Assembly (NCBI GenBank): GCA_028819575.1 | Contig: JAPPLB010000051.1 | Span: forward strand, 10,978-74,977 | Direction of reading: 5' to 3' | Source: Bryobacterales bacterium | GTDB lineage: Bacteria > Acidobacteriota > Terriglobia > Bryobacterales > UBA6623 | DNA: 64,000 nucleotides | In this document: in pieces, positions 9,712 to 20,500 of the stretch | How positions within the stretch are numbered: the first letter of the stretch is position 1 | Layout of the letters: every line of letters begins with the position of its first letter | Notes under the pieces: model-generated | What the model saw: only the letters and a program-made list of their open reading frames with translations | Told to the model about the DNA's origin: nothing | Databases searched by the model: none | Position numbers and translations under genes: made by a program

Positions 9712-10848
9712 ATGAAACACCCGATGATTACGACGATCTGTTTGCTGGCGGTGCTGTTTTCCGGATCGATCCTTACCGCCGAACCCAAACGCGACCACCG
9801 CTTGCACCAATACCACTTTGGAGACATCTCGATCCCTCCGGCGTCAGCCGACGAGCCGACTGCGGAACGTCTGTCTCTCGCGAAAGCGGGAGCCTATCTC
9901 GAAGACGGCGCGAAAGCCTGGGTGAACGATCGTGGCTGCGTTTCCTGCCACACAACAGGTTGGTACGGCATTCTCCGTCCGCAACTTTCCGGCTTGCTCG
10001 GCCCTCCTGGGCCGTCGTTTCGGTCTTTCCTCGAGCGCATCCTCCAGGAGACGCTTGCCGAGGAACGCAATAAGACAGAGCGAGGCACCGGCCCTGCGGA
10101 AGTCGTCTATTTGGCGGCGGCGCTGGCGGCATGGGATGCGCATATCGACAAGCAGCTTTCCTCCGAGACCGCCAAGGCGTTGGAACTGATGTTCAGCTTG
10201 CAGCGCGGCAACGGCGCCTGGTATTCCGTCGAGACCTGGCCTCCGTTCGAGTCTGATGCCTACCAGCTTGCGACGGTCGCCGCCATGGCGGTGGGGCTGG
10301 CGCCCAAGTGGTTGGACCAGCATCAAGCCGATGATCTCGGAGCGGGCTACCTTCGCTTGAAGCGTTACCTGAAATCCGTGGATCCACCACACGAATATGC
10401 GCGCGTTGCGCTGCTTTGGGCTTCTCGGCACCAGCCGGACCTTCTCGAAGCCGCCGGCAAGGAAGCCATCGTCAAGATGATCCTCGACCGCCAGCGGCCG
10501 GATGGCGGTTGGTCCATTCGTTCCTTCGCGGAGCCTGAGCAGTGGGGCGTCGGCAACCGCAGTGAGCGGCTGCGTGCGGAAGCGGACTTCGGCGAGCCCG
10601 CAAGCGATGGCCACCAGACCGGCCTCTCGATCATCGTGCTGTCTCAGGCCGGCCTTCCGTCATCGCACCCTGCCCTCAAACGCGGGATCTCTTGGCTGGA
10701 GCGGAATCAGAGGCAGTCCGGGCGTTGGTGGACGAAATCTCTCAATACCGACAAGTGGAGTTTTATCACCTACACCGGCACGCTCTACCCTGTGCTGGCG
10801 TTGACTCTGGTGGACTCGGCGCCGGGTGATTCTCCCGCTGCTCAATGA
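9712..10848 (+). CDS. Secreted protein with prenyltransferase/squalene-oxidase-type repeats and one CxxCH heme-c motif
   Basis: Good SD (AAGGAGA) and a signal peptide. CVSCHTTGWYG provides the CxxCH motif. Repeats QRGNGAWYS, DRQRPDGGWSIRSF and ERNQRQSGRWWT resemble terpenoid-cyclase-like alpha/alpha-toroid repeats. Confidence 0.55.
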   Translation: MKHPMITTICLLAVLFSGSILTAEPKRDHRLHQYHFGDISIPPASADEPTAERLSLAKAGAYLEDGAKAWVNDRGCVSCHTTGWYGILRPQLSGLLGPPGPSFRSFLERILQETLAEERNKTERGTGPAEVVYLAAALAAWDAHIDKQLSSETAKALELMFSLQRGNGAWYSVETWPPFESDAYQLATVAAMAVGLAPKWLDQHQADDLGAGYLRLKRYLKSVDPPHEYARVALLWASRHQPDLLEAAGKEAIVKMILDRQRPDGGWSIRSFAEPEQWGVGNRSERLRAEADFGEPASDGHQTGLSIIVLSQAGLPSSHPALKRGISWLERNQRQSGRWWTKSLNTDKWSFITYTGTLYPVLALTLVDSAPGDSPAAQ

Positions 10849-10850
10849 CC

Positions 10851-11034
10851 TGGCCTGCATGTCTCACCACGTGGCGAGGCGAAGTGCGTGAGAGGGCCGT
10901 CAAGACGAGGCGCGAGCCGCTTGGCGCGCGCAGGCGTACTTGAACAGTACATCGAGCACGGCAAGCAAGCGCAACGAAGTCATGGCGGTCATACCACGTG
11001 CTTCGGCCGTCGGGTGGTGAGAGATGCAGGCTAG
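10851..11034 (+). mobile_element. Family-1 MITE-like element, copy 3 (short-centre variant)
   Basis: TGGCCTGCATGTCTCACCACGTGG...GGTGGTGAGAGATGCAGGCTAG. It begins 2 nt after the stop of 9712..10848. Its right-end CTAG contains the stop codon of the minus-strand gene 11031..11990. Confidence 0.9.
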
Positions 11035-11990
11035 GAACTGAATCTATTCTCGAAATCGAGGAAGATCAGGAACTGGCTTGAGATGTCCGTCTCATGCTTC
11101 TTCAGTGAGGGCGAGTAGGTCTTGACGAGGATGCGGCGCTTCTCCGGTTCGAATCGAAACGTCCGCATCCAGCCTTCTCCGCCATTTTTGCGGAATTGGT
11201 AGTCGGCCAGGATCTCGAAGACGTCTCGAGAGGCGTTGTTGGTGGACACCTGAAACCACTCGCCGCCAAACTTGCCCCAGTGGCCGCACACCACCATGAA
11301 AATCTGCGGGTTTGGCTTGATCAGCTTTTGCCAGATCGCTTCTCCGGAATTGCCGATATCCTTGCGGTAGAAAGGCGCCCGGTCGCGCGAACGCGTCTGG
11401 TCGTGCAAGTAGATATGGGTGGAAACGATCGTTGGCACACCTTCGTGCTTCTCTAGCACTGACTTCGCCCATGCAATGGCGGGATCCGGCACGTCCGCCT
11501 CGAGGTGCATGATCAGGAACTCCCGGCCCCCGCCGTTGAAGACCTGGTAGGAATTGATACCGTTCTCCGATGCGCCCCGATACCACTCTTCGGTCCGGAA
11601 GCGCTGGGGGCCAAACCAGCGGCGGAAGGCCTTCGCCCGTCCCCGCGGATCGCCGCGGTCGTAGTCGTGGTTGCCGATGGCAACGCCCCAAGGCACAATG
11701 CCGTCCAGTCTCGACATGGCGCCATCGGCCACTCGCCACTCCCTCTCGACTTCGTCGCCGCTTTGAACGATGTCGCCGATGTGGGTCACGAAGGCGATGT
11801 TTTCCTTCTTCGCGTTGGCGGCGATCCACTTGGTTTGGTCGTCGAAAAACTTGGGAAACTTTTCACTGTAGAACTGGGTATCGGGCAGCATCACGAACGT
11901 GAATGCGCCCGGCTCGGTCTTGGCGACGGCTCCCCATACAAACAGGCCGCCGATCAGCGCCAAGACGACAAGCGGATCGACCTTACGCAT
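11031..11990 (-). CDS. Calcineurin-like metallophosphoesterase, exported
   Basis: Motifs FVMLPDTQFY, THIGDIVQSGD, GNHDYD and VCGHW, plus an N-terminal signal-anchor segment. Confidence 0.8.
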   Translation of the reverse strand: MRKVDPLVVLALIGGLFVWGAVAKTEPGAFTFVMLPDTQFYSEKFPKFFDDQTKWIAANAKKENIAFVTHIGDIVQSGDEVEREWRVADGAMSRLDGIVPWGVAIGNHDYDRGDPRGRAKAFRRWFGPQRFRTEEWYRGASENGINSYQVFNGGGREFLIMHLEADVPDPAIAWAKSVLEKHEGVPTIVSTHIYLHDQTRSRDRAPFYRKDIGNSGEAIWQKLIKPNPQIFMVVCGHWGKFGGEWFQVSTNNASRDVFEILADYQFRKNGGEGWMRTFRFEPEKRRILVKTYSPSLKKHETDISSQFLIFLDFENRFSS

Positions 11991-12062
11991 GCCCCCTCCT
12001 TATTCGACATCGCGGATGTCTTGAGCTACAAGCTTAACAATTCTCATTTATGTTTCGACCAT

Positions 12063-12275
12063 CCTGCATGTCTCGCCACGCGGCGTACTTGCTAAATCGC
12101 CTCCTTCACTCCTCGGGTCATGAATCACGGCCTTTCCGGCTCACCTACCGTAAGACATTTCTAGTGGAGCAAACCAGGCCGCCACCAATGGTTTTCACGA
12201 ATCACGAGACACGAGACACGAATCACGGCCTTTTACCGGTATTCGCCCGACTGTCGAGCCGGTGCAAGCAGCAAG
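12063..12275 (+). mobile_element. Family-1 element, degenerate mosaic variant (copy 4) with a heptamer tandem repeat
   Basis: The left terminus is CCTGCATGTCTCGCCACGCGGCGTACTTGC and the left arm is deleted. The interior is homologous to 55196-55345. Heptamers CACGAAT/CACGAGA/CACGAGA/CACGAAT/CACGGCC lie at 12196-12230. The right terminus is degenerate, so the end coordinate is approximate. Confidence 0.6.
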
Positions 12276-12403
12276 GATCGCCGAAAAGGCTACGAATAGC
12301 ACGGCCTCGTGTTTCGTTCCGTATGGGCTTGTTTTCACTTGGATTCGGGTGTCTGAAATCCTGAAAGGTTTTCGTCAGGCATGTGCTGTAATGACTTGTC
12401 AAC

Positions 12404-13822
12404 ATGGATGGTTTGAATGCTCAGCCGGCGTACAGGATCGCGGACCTGGTCCGAAAGCGGGAGGTGTCGCCGATCGAGGTCGTGGATGAGCACCTGGAGC
12501 GGATTGAGCAGGTCAATCCGCATCTGAATGCGTTTGTGGACCTCGATGCTGAACGGGTGCGGCGTGAGGCCCGGAAGGCTGAAGAGGCCTTGTCGCGGGA
12601 CGTTGCGGTAGGGCCGCTTCACGGCGTTCCCATGTCGATCAAGAGCTCGATCGACGTGCGTGGGCTGCGTTGTGAGTGCGGCACGCGGCTACGGGAGGGA
12701 CACATCGCGGAGAGTGACGCCGTGCTGGTCGAACGCCTGCGAGCGGCGGGAGCCCTCATCCTTGGGGTGACGAACGTCCCGGACTTGTTGGTCGCGTACG
12801 AGACGGACAACTTGCTCTATGGCCGCACGAACAGTCCCTGGAATCCGGACTACACGGCCGGAGGGTCGAGCGGAGGCGAGTCGGCGGCCGTGGCGTCGGG
12901 CTGCTCAGCGCTGGGGATCGGTTCCGACGGAGGCGGCTCGATTCGCGTGCCGGCGCATTTTTGTGGTCTCTACGGGTTCAAGCCGACGGCGGGGCTGATC
13001 CCCCGAACAGGCCATTGGCCGGATTGCATCGGTCCGTCCGCCCTGCTGGCTTCGGTGGGTCCTCTTGCTCGGAGTGCGTTTGATTTGGAGCTTGTTCTCG
13101 ACGCCGCGATGGGCGAGGATGCGTCGGATCCCTCGAGCGGCCCATTCGCGCTCGAAGGTGCAGGGACGGACTTGACACGCCGGGTCAAGATCGGCTTCTA
13201 CGAGGATGACGGAGTAACGCCCGTCACCAGCGAGACGAAACAAGCGGTGCGCGATGCCTGCAAGGTCTTCAAGGAGCAGGGGTTCAGCGTCGAACCGTTC
13301 CGCCCCGAGGGTCTGGAGTCGGCGCACGAGCTTTGGTGGATGCTTTTCAGTATCGCTGGCGCCGAACGGCTCCAGCCGCTCATCGAAGGGAAAGAAGATC
13401 AACTGCACGCTTTGGTTCAGGATCTGCTGGAGCCGCCGGAAGACTCTCGCAATGCTTCGCTGCGTGAATTTCTCCAGGTATGGGACACAAGGGACCGGAT
13501 GCGCGCGCAATTGCTTGCGCGCATGCAGGAGTACCGTGCGCTGATCTGTCCGGTGGCTTCGATTCCGGCGTTCCGTCACAGCGAACGGTCTTGGACAATC
13601 AGCGGACGAGAAGTCACCTATGCGAAAGCGTTTTCATACTGTCAAGTGTTCAATCTTCTCGGAAACCCGGCGGTCGTCGTCCCGGTGGGATATTCCAAGG
13701 AGGGCCTCCCGATCGGTGTGCAGATCGTGGGACGACCGTTTGAAGATCGCTTGATCCTCGCTCTGGCCGAACGGTTCGAGCAGGCGGCAGGCGCCTGGAA
13801 GCCGCCACCCGAACCTGCCTGA
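12404..13822 (+). CDS. Amidase (amidase-signature family, GatA-like)
   Basis: 472 aa with the signature GGSSGGESAAVASGCSALGIGSDGGGSIRVPA. Confidence 0.85.
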   Translation: MDGLNAQPAYRIADLVRKREVSPIEVVDEHLERIEQVNPHLNAFVDLDAERVRREARKAEEALSRDVAVGPLHGVPMSIKSSIDVRGLRCECGTRLREGHIAESDAVLVERLRAAGALILGVTNVPDLLVAYETDNLLYGRTNSPWNPDYTAGGSSGGESAAVASGCSALGIGSDGGGSIRVPAHFCGLYGFKPTAGLIPRTGHWPDCIGPSALLASVGPLARSAFDLELVLDAAMGEDASDPSSGPFALEGAGTDLTRRVKIGFYEDDGVTPVTSETKQAVRDACKVFKEQGFSVEPFRPEGLESAHELWWMLFSIAGAERLQPLIEGKEDQLHALVQDLLEPPEDSRNASLREFLQVWDTRDRMRAQLLARMQEYRALICPVASIPAFRHSERSWTISGREVTYAKAFSYCQVFNLLGNPAVVVPVGYSKEGLPIGVQIVGRPFEDRLILALAERFEQAAGAWKPPPEPA

Positions 13823-13884
13823 TGGGTCCGTGAATTACGTCAGACTGGCTTTCGATCAGCCCCGGTTCGTTCAGCGGCAAGCCG

Positions 13885-14088
13885 CTAGCCTGCATTTCTC
13901 ACCACGTGGCGAGGCGAAGTGGGTGAGAGGGCCGTCAGGACGAGGCGCGAGCCGGGCAGAGGAAAAAGGCGCGCGCAGGCGTGCTTGAACCGTGCGTTGA
14001 GCACGGCAAGCAAGCGTTGCGAAGGAAAAGCGAAGTCATGGCAGTCGTATCGTGTGCTTCGACCGTCGGGTGGTGAGAAATGCAGCGT
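13885..14088 (+). mobile_element. Family-1 MITE-like element, copy 5
   Basis: CTAGCCTGCATTTCTCACCACGTGG...GGGTGGTGAGAAATGCAGCG|TA. It carries a small internal insertion relative to the other copies. Confidence 0.85.
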
Positions 14089-14367
14089 ACGGGTAGTCTC
14101 GCCCGCGTTTGAGTGTACGACGCGAACATCTTCAGGCTGGATCCTTCGTCCCCGGACCCTGATCACCGGCCGGCGAAGTTTGCTCGGGTTCGCAGGGAGT
14201 TGATACAATTCCATTCTTGATGAGCCGAGCCTGAGGTTCTGTAGATCGGAACACACCGGTCAGGTTCGATCCTTCCACCGTTTCCTGGGCGCAACCCGAA
14301 ACAGAATTTGGGAAGACGCCGCTGTGTCTGGAAACGGAGGGGCCTCCAGCCACAAACGGGAGCGTGC

Positions 14368-15612
14368 ATGAGTTCATACAACGGGGTTGATGTACCGTCG
14401 AATGGAGATACCATTCAAGTTGAATCAGGGAAGTTCATCACCCCGGACAACCCGATTATCCCGTTCATCGAGGGTGACGGTACCGGCCGGGACATTTGGA
14501 AAGCGTCGCGTCGGGTTTTCGACGGTGCGGTCGAGGCGGCCTACGGTGGAACCCGGCAGGTCGCCTGGTTTGAGATCTTCGCCGGGCAGAAGGCCTTCGA
14601 TCACTTCAACTCGTGGCTGCCCGACGATTCCCTTGCCGCCATCCGGGAGTTCCATATCGCCATCAAGGGACCGCTCACCACGCCCGTCGGCGGTGGGATC
14701 CGCAGTCTCAACGTTGCGCTGCGCCAGTTGCTCGAACTGTATGTCTGCATGCGGCCGGTCCGTTATTTCCCCGGGGTGCCGTCGCCGGTGCGGAATCCCG
14801 AGAAGCTTGATGTCGTGATCTTCCGGGAAAACACCGAAGATGTCTATGCCGGGATCGAGTGGCAGCAGGGCAGCGCCGAGGTGGCTAAGGTGATCGGCTT
14901 CCTCAACGGCGAGATGGGCCGGAAGATCCGCCTGGATTCCGGCGTTGGAATCAAACCGATCAGCATCACCGGCTCGAAGCGCTTGGTGCGCCGCGCGATC
15001 CAGCACGCCATCGACAACAATCGCCGCAGCGTAACCATGGTGCACAAGGGGAATATTCAAAAATTTACCGAAGGCGCATTCAGGGATTGGGGATATGACC
15101 TGGTCAATGAAGAGTTCGCGGACCAGTGTGTGATCGAAGGTGAGTTCGCGGGCGATCCGCCGCCGGGAAAAATTGTCGTCAAGGACCGTATTGCGGACTC
15201 GATGCTCCAGCAAGTGCTGCTGCGTCCCGCCGAGTACGACGTGATAGCGACGACAAACCTGAACGGAGACTATCTGTCCGATGCGTGCGCGGCGCAGGTG
15301 GGCGGACTGGGCATGGCTCCCGGAGCCAACATCGGCGACGCGCACGGCGTCTTCGAGGCGACGCACGGCACGGCTCCGAAATACGCCGACAAGGACGTGA
15401 TTAATCCGTCGAGCGTGATTCTGTCCGGCGCGATGATGTTCCGCTCCATGGGCTGGACGGAAGCCGCGGACAGGATCGAATCCGGTATCACCGAAACCAT
15501 TCGCCAGAAGCGTGTCACTTACGATCTGCACCGCCTGATGGAAGGCGCCACGAAAGTGAAGACCAGTGAGTTTGCTTCGGCGATCATTGAGAACATGTCG
15601 CCTCAGGTCTAG
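14368..15612 (+). CDS. icd: NADP-dependent isocitrate dehydrogenase
   Basis: Start revised to ATG 14368 ([19 protein letters not shown]...[15 protein letters not shown]). The sequence has IDH-type motifs throughout ([27 protein letters not shown]). The TAG stop at 15610-15612 lies in the terminal CTAG of the next repeat. Confidence 0.9.
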   Translation: MSSYNGVDVPSNGDTIQVESGKFITPDNPIIPFIEGDGTGRDIWKASRRVFDGAVEAAYGGTRQVAWFEIFAGQKAFDHFNSWLPDDSLAAIREFHIAIKGPLTTPVGGGIRSLNVALRQLLELYVCMRPVRYFPGVPSPVRNPEKLDVVIFRENTEDVYAGIEWQQGSAEVAKVIGFLNGEMGRKIRLDSGVGIKPISITGSKRLVRRAIQHAIDNNRRSVTMVHKGNIQKFTEGAFRDWGYDLVNEEFADQCVIEGEFAGDPPPGKIVVKDRIADSMLQQVLLRPAEYDVIATTNLNGDYLSDACAAQVGGLGMAPGANIGDAHGVFEATHGTAPKYADKDVINPSSVILSGAMMFRSMGWTEAADRIESGITETIRQKRVTYDLHRLMEGATKVKTSEFASAIIENMSPQV

Positions 15613-15790
15613 CCTGCCTTTCTCACCACGCGGCGAGGCGAAGTGGGTGAGAGGGGCGTCAGGACGAGGCGCGAGCCGCTTGGCGCGCGCAGGCGTACTT
15701 GAACAGTACGTTGAGCACGGCAAGCAAGCGCAACGAAGTCATGGCGGTCATATCGCGTGCTTCGACCGTTGGGTGGTGAGAAATGCAGGC

Positions 15791-15793
<3 letters not shown>
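15609..15793 (+). mobile_element. Family-1 MITE-like element, copy 6 (short-centre variant)
   Basis: CTAGCCTGCCTTTCTCACCACGCGG...GGGTGGTGAGAAATGCAGGCTAG. The left CTAG supplies the icd stop codon. Confidence 0.9.
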
Positions 15794-16933
<1,140 letters not shown>

Positions 16934-17207
16934 CCGTCTCCACGGGCTGTCCAACAGGACCGCCGCTTCCGGCGCGCTTGGGAAGGGGCGCAGCGGCCTT
17001 CATGCGCGCCTGGAACAGTTGGTGCCGGCTAAGGGCGTTTACAGAGATTCGTAGGTCGCTTGTTCCCGACCCGCCCGGGCTCGTTTCAGGATCGACCTTA
17101 GAGAAAAAATTTCTTGGGGTGCCAAATCCGCGGGAATGGTGTATAGTATGGAAACGTTCTGAGGGAGAGAAGGTCTTTCTTCGGAACGAATAGGAGGATA
17201 TGGATCG

Positions 17208-17504
17208 ATGAAACGGATTCTGGCACTGATGGCCATCATGATGCTGGTCAGCAGTGTGTGCATGGCCGGCGAATACACTGGCTATCTCAGTGATAAAAAG
17301 TGCGCCAACGCCAAAGCTGCTCATGCCGGATGCGCCAAGAACTGCGTCAACGGAGGTCAACCGATCGTTCTCGTCGAAGAGGGCGAGGGCGGCAAGGTCT
17401 ATGACATCCACAACCAGGACGCGGTCAAGGACAAAGTCGGTGAGAAAGTGACGGTTACCGGCAAGCTTAGTGGCAGCAGCCTGCACGTTGACAGCGTGAA
17501 ATAG
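17208..17504 (+). CDS. Small secreted Cys-containing hypothetical protein
   Basis: 98 aa with SD AGGAGGA upstream and signal peptide MKRILALMAIMMLVSSVCMAG. It is followed by hairpin terminators. Confidence 0.55.
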   Translation: MKRILALMAIMMLVSSVCMAGEYTGYLSDKKCANAKAAHAGCAKNCVNGGQPIVLVEEGEGGKVYDIHNQDAVKDKVGEKVTVTGKLSGSSLHVDSVK

Positions 17505-17520
17505 CCGCAAGCGGCTCGAA

Positions 17521-17550
17521 GATATTCGCGCGGAGTCTCCGCGCGATATT
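17521..17550 (+). terminator. Hairpin terminator candidate downstream of 17208..17504
   Basis: GATATTCGCGCGGAG-TC-TCCGCGCGATATT (about 12-bp GC-rich stem with one bulge) followed by TCTC. A second hairpin ACACCTG-N15-CAGGTGT followed by TTTCTGCTTTCT lies about 50 nt downstream. Confidence 0.45.
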
Positions 17551-17860
17551 TCTCAACAGTTAGCGAGGACACCTGTGCCCCGACGGCGTGCAGGTGTTTT
17601 CTGCTTTCTGGGCCAAAACGAGCAGCAACCGCGGATTGCCCGGCAAAGCAGGATAATTTCACCGCTTCCGGCTTGCCGTTGATATCGAAGAGCCCCACGG
17701 CCCGAAGAAATAACGCTCTCTCAGCTTTACTTCCTCCTGTATCCAAAGAGCGCTACTGGCCTCAGTGGATATTCCCGCCTCGCTGATGTGAAACCCACCG
17801 GGTCAAGCGGTGTTGACACCGATCCGGGTGTTTCCCGCTTGTATGATCCGCCTCGGGCCG

Positions 17861-17977
17861 GCAAGCAAGCGCAACGAAGTCCTGGCGGTCGTATCGCGTG
17901 CCGACCGTCGGGTGGTGAGAAATGCAGGTCAGGCCCCGCCAATGGTTTTCACGAATCACGAGACACGAAACACGGCC
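17861..17977 (+). mobile_element. Family-1 right-half fragment (copy 7) fused to the heptamer-repeat module
   Basis: GCAAGCAAGCGCAACGAAGTCCTGGCGGTCGTATCGCGTGCCGACCGTCGGGTGGTGAGAAATGCAGGT is followed by AGGCCCCGCCAATGGTTTTCACGAATCACGAGACACGAAACACGGCC. No left arm is present. Confidence 0.7.
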
Positions 17978-18005
17978 TTTGACTTCTTGTAGGGATGTCC
18001 CGTCC

Positions 18006-19109
18006 CTATGAGATGGTCTGTCTCCGCCCGGTTTCCGCGGCGCGGTAGCTGGCGAAAACGGTCTTCAGCACGCGTAGGCTGTCATCGGAGCTGAGTGGCG
18101 CCCGATCGAGACCGGCGGACGCCCGCACGCATGCCTTCACGAAAGGCGTGTACCCGGAAGGTCCGTCGAAGCTTTCTACCCGCTGGACTTGGGGTTGTTC
18201 TTCGCCTTGGCTGTACCACTGAAGGGGCAGGCCGCCGTGCCTCTCGATCTGCAGCCAGCCTTCAGATCCCCAGATCTTGATGTGTGAGTGGTAACCCTTG
18301 TCCAGGTAGTAGCCCGAAGTGATCGTGCCGAAGACGCCGTTCTCGAACCGCAGGGCGACAGCGGCGGAATCCTCGACGTCGATCGGTTGTCCGCCGACGT
18401 TGCCCGCGAAGCCTGCCACATCGGTGATGCGCAAGCCGGTCAGGAACATTGCCAGATCCAGCCAGTGAATGCCGAGCCAGATGAGGTGGCCGCCGCCGGC
18501 CCGCGCCTTCTGGGCGTACCATCGTCCGTGGTATTCGGGACGGGTCAGCCGGGTCTGGTCGGCGATCAGGTGGAGCTCTACTCCGTAGATCTTGCCGATC
18601 TTGCCTTGTTGGATCAGCCGGCGGGCCTCGCGGACTTCCGGATTGAGTCGGTTCGCCAGCGCGAGCATCAGGTGCCGGCCGGCCCCGTTCGCCTTCTCGA
18701 CAAGTTTCTCGAAATCTTCTGCGCGGACGCACGAAGGCTTTTCGGCCATGACATGGCAACCGGCCTCCAGCGCGGCCTCGATGGCCGGCGGCGCAAGAAG
18801 CGCTTCCATGGAGACCAGAGCCATGACAGGTTTCTCGCGGGAGAACATTTCTTGCGGGGTCGAGTAGGTCGCCGCGAGTTTGGCTCCCAGGGCGCTGCGG
18901 GCGGCCGTAGCGTTTTCGCCGCCCTCATCGGAGAGCACGACGCGGTTCACTTCGGGAGTGTCGGCGAGTGCGCTGAAATAAGCGCCCAGGTGGGCGCCGC
19001 CGGCGTGGGTGATCAAGCCGACTTCGATCGGTTCGGACATGGCTTTCGATGGCTGCGCGGAAAGGGCGGCTCCCGCGCCCAGGATCTTTGTGAATGTTCG
19101 TCGTTGCAT
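18006..19109 (-). CDS. Gfo/Idh/MocA-family oxidoreductase with Tat signal
   Basis: MQRRTFTKILGAGAALSA twin-arginine leader and a Rossmann-type N-terminal domain. Confidence 0.8.
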   Translation of the reverse strand: MQRRTFTKILGAGAALSAQPSKAMSEPIEVGLITHAGGAHLGAYFSALADTPEVNRVVLSDEGGENATAARSALGAKLAATYSTPQEMFSREKPVMALVSMEALLAPPAIEAALEAGCHVMAEKPSCVRAEDFEKLVEKANGAGRHLMLALANRLNPEVREARRLIQQGKIGKIYGVELHLIADQTRLTRPEYHGRWYAQKARAGGGHLIWLGIHWLDLAMFLTGLRITDVAGFAGNVGGQPIDVEDSAAVALRFENGVFGTITSGYYLDKGYHSHIKIWGSEGWLQIERHGGLPLQWYSQGEEQPQVQRVESFDGPSGYTPFVKACVRASAGLDRAPLSSDDSLRVLKTVFASYRAAETGRRQTIS

Positions 19110-19139
19110 CCTCGGAACGTAGCTGCGGCGTAAGCCAGG

Positions 19140-20393
19140 CTATCCTTCGCTGATCTCTCCCGTGTCGGGATCGAAGCGCATGCGGCGGCCGCTCCATAGA
19201 GCGTCGGTCGACATGATGCAGGCGACCGAATGCCCGTATCCGGCTACGGGGGGAGCGTAGAGATCTTGTGGTGCCCGCCGCCGGATGCAGTCCAGCCAGT
19301 TCGCCATGTGGTGCTTCGTACCGGGCTTCTCGGGAATCTCCGTCGTCTCCTGCAGGGTATTCGGGTTCTTGCTCCCGTCCCCGGAGATTTTCCATTCGTC
19401 TTCAACCACCATCGTGCCCTTCGTGCCTTGCACGCGGGTCATGCGACCGGAGGCGTTGATCAGCGTTGTCGAATACGTCGCCAGAAATTCCTTGCCCGGC
19501 TGCCCGTATTTGAGGACGACCTGAATCGTATCGGGGTTCTCGCGGTAGTCATGCCACTTGAGGATCGCTCCCTCGGCGACAACCGTCACGGGATACGCTT
19601 CGCCCGTCAGCATATGAACGACGTCGATCCCGTGAGTCATCCACTGGTCGATGATGGCGCTGGAGAACTCGCGGAACAGCCGGAACGACCGATAGATCTT
19701 GGGATCGAAGGGACGGTACGGCTTGCCCATCAGGAAAGCGTTCCAATCCACGTCGCTTTCCTTGAGCGAGGCAAGCTCCTCGGATTTTTTGGCCCAGCGA
19801 AAAGGACTGTAGGCGTTCCAGACCACATCGACCTTGACGACATCGCCGATGCGTCCCTCCGAAACCCAATCCATGGCCGTGCGGTAGCGGGGATAGCTGC
19901 GGCGCTGCGTACCGTTCTGGACGATACGGCCCGTTCTCCGGACCGCTTCGTAGGCCGCATTCAATTCGCTGATGACGTTGCCCATCGGTTTCTCGCAGTA
20001 AACGTCCTTGCCGGCTTCGACGGCGGCCTTGAGCATCTTGGCGTGCTGGTGATCGGGGGTCGCGATGATGACGGCGTCGATGTCTTTGTCGGCCAGCAGG
20101 TCTTCGTGCTGCGGATACGTCTTTGCCTCTGTCCCGTAGGATTCACTCACGACCTTCGCCGCGGCGTCGAGGCGCTGCTTCCAGATATCGCAGACTGCGG
20201 TGACGCGGGCATTGAATTGGCTGCCGAACTCGATGCACTCCTTCATGACGCGGGTGCCTCGGCCGCCTGGGCCGATCACCCCGACGCGGAGGGTATCGTT
20301 GGCGCTTCGAGCAACGGGCGTGGATGAAGCAGCCGCCAGGGCGGCCGCCGAGCTGCTCAGGAATCTCCGTCGGTCAAGCATGTTGTTGGACAT
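19140..20393 (-). CDS. Gfo/Idh/MocA-family oxidoreductase with Tat signal (GH109-like architecture)
   Basis: Start revised to ATG 20393 (SD GAGGAG). The sequence has the MSNNMLDRRRFLSSSAAALAAA Tat leader and LRVGVIGPGGRG Rossmann motif. Confidence 0.8.
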   Translation of the reverse strand: MSNNMLDRRRFLSSSAAALAAASSTPVARSANDTLRVGVIGPGGRGTRVMKECIEFGSQFNARVTAVCDIWKQRLDAAAKVVSESYGTEAKTYPQHEDLLADKDIDAVIIATPDHQHAKMLKAAVEAGKDVYCEKPMGNVISELNAAYEAVRRTGRIVQNGTQRRSYPRYRTAMDWVSEGRIGDVVKVDVVWNAYSPFRWAKKSEELASLKESDVDWNAFLMGKPYRPFDPKIYRSFRLFREFSSAIIDQWMTHGIDVVHMLTGEAYPVTVVAEGAILKWHDYRENPDTIQVVLKYGQPGKEFLATYSTTLINASGRMTRVQGTKGTMVVEDEWKISGDGSKNPNTLQETTEIPEKPGTKHHMANWLDCIRRRAPQDLYAPPVAGYGHSVACIMSTDALWSGRRMRFDPDTGEISEG

Positions 20394-20500
20394 GATGGGG
20401 TTCTCCTCTGTGGGTTCTGGCTGTATGGTGGGCCAAACGCAGGAAATATGCAAGGCCCCCGGCGGAAATTGCAATCGTGTCGACCAGCAAGATGCTCCCC

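Noticed and set aside
8809-9816. N-terminal two-thirds of the 656-aa minus-strand track ORF 7846..9816
   Set aside because: This part is antisense to the well-supported CBM9-like gene 8926..9669 and has an Arg/Gly/His-rich, high-GC-antisense composition. A good signal peptide begins at the internal ATG 8808, so only 7846..8808 is called.
12196-12230. CRISPR-like or other array formed by the CACGARW heptamers
   Set aside because: The units are only 7 bp, directly tandem with no spacers, and are part of a dispersed repeat module. This is not a CRISPR array.
14425-15723. 432-aa minus-strand ORF opposite icd, and similar long antisense ORFs (22041..23192, 21088..21672, 40228..41280, 48842..49813, 51697..52446, 38755..39327, 37457..38143, 37603..38436)
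   Set aside because: Each lies antisense to, or overlaps out of frame with, a gene with strong family motifs. They show Arg/Pro/Gly-rich composition and lack SD sequences or domain patterns. These are the spurious long ORFs expected in high-GC sequence.
16934-17207. Promoter or leader structure upstream of the small secreted protein gene
   Set aside because: A TATAGT hexamer and a CGTTC...GAACG hairpin are present, but no acceptable -35 box or spacing was found. The evidence is insufficient.
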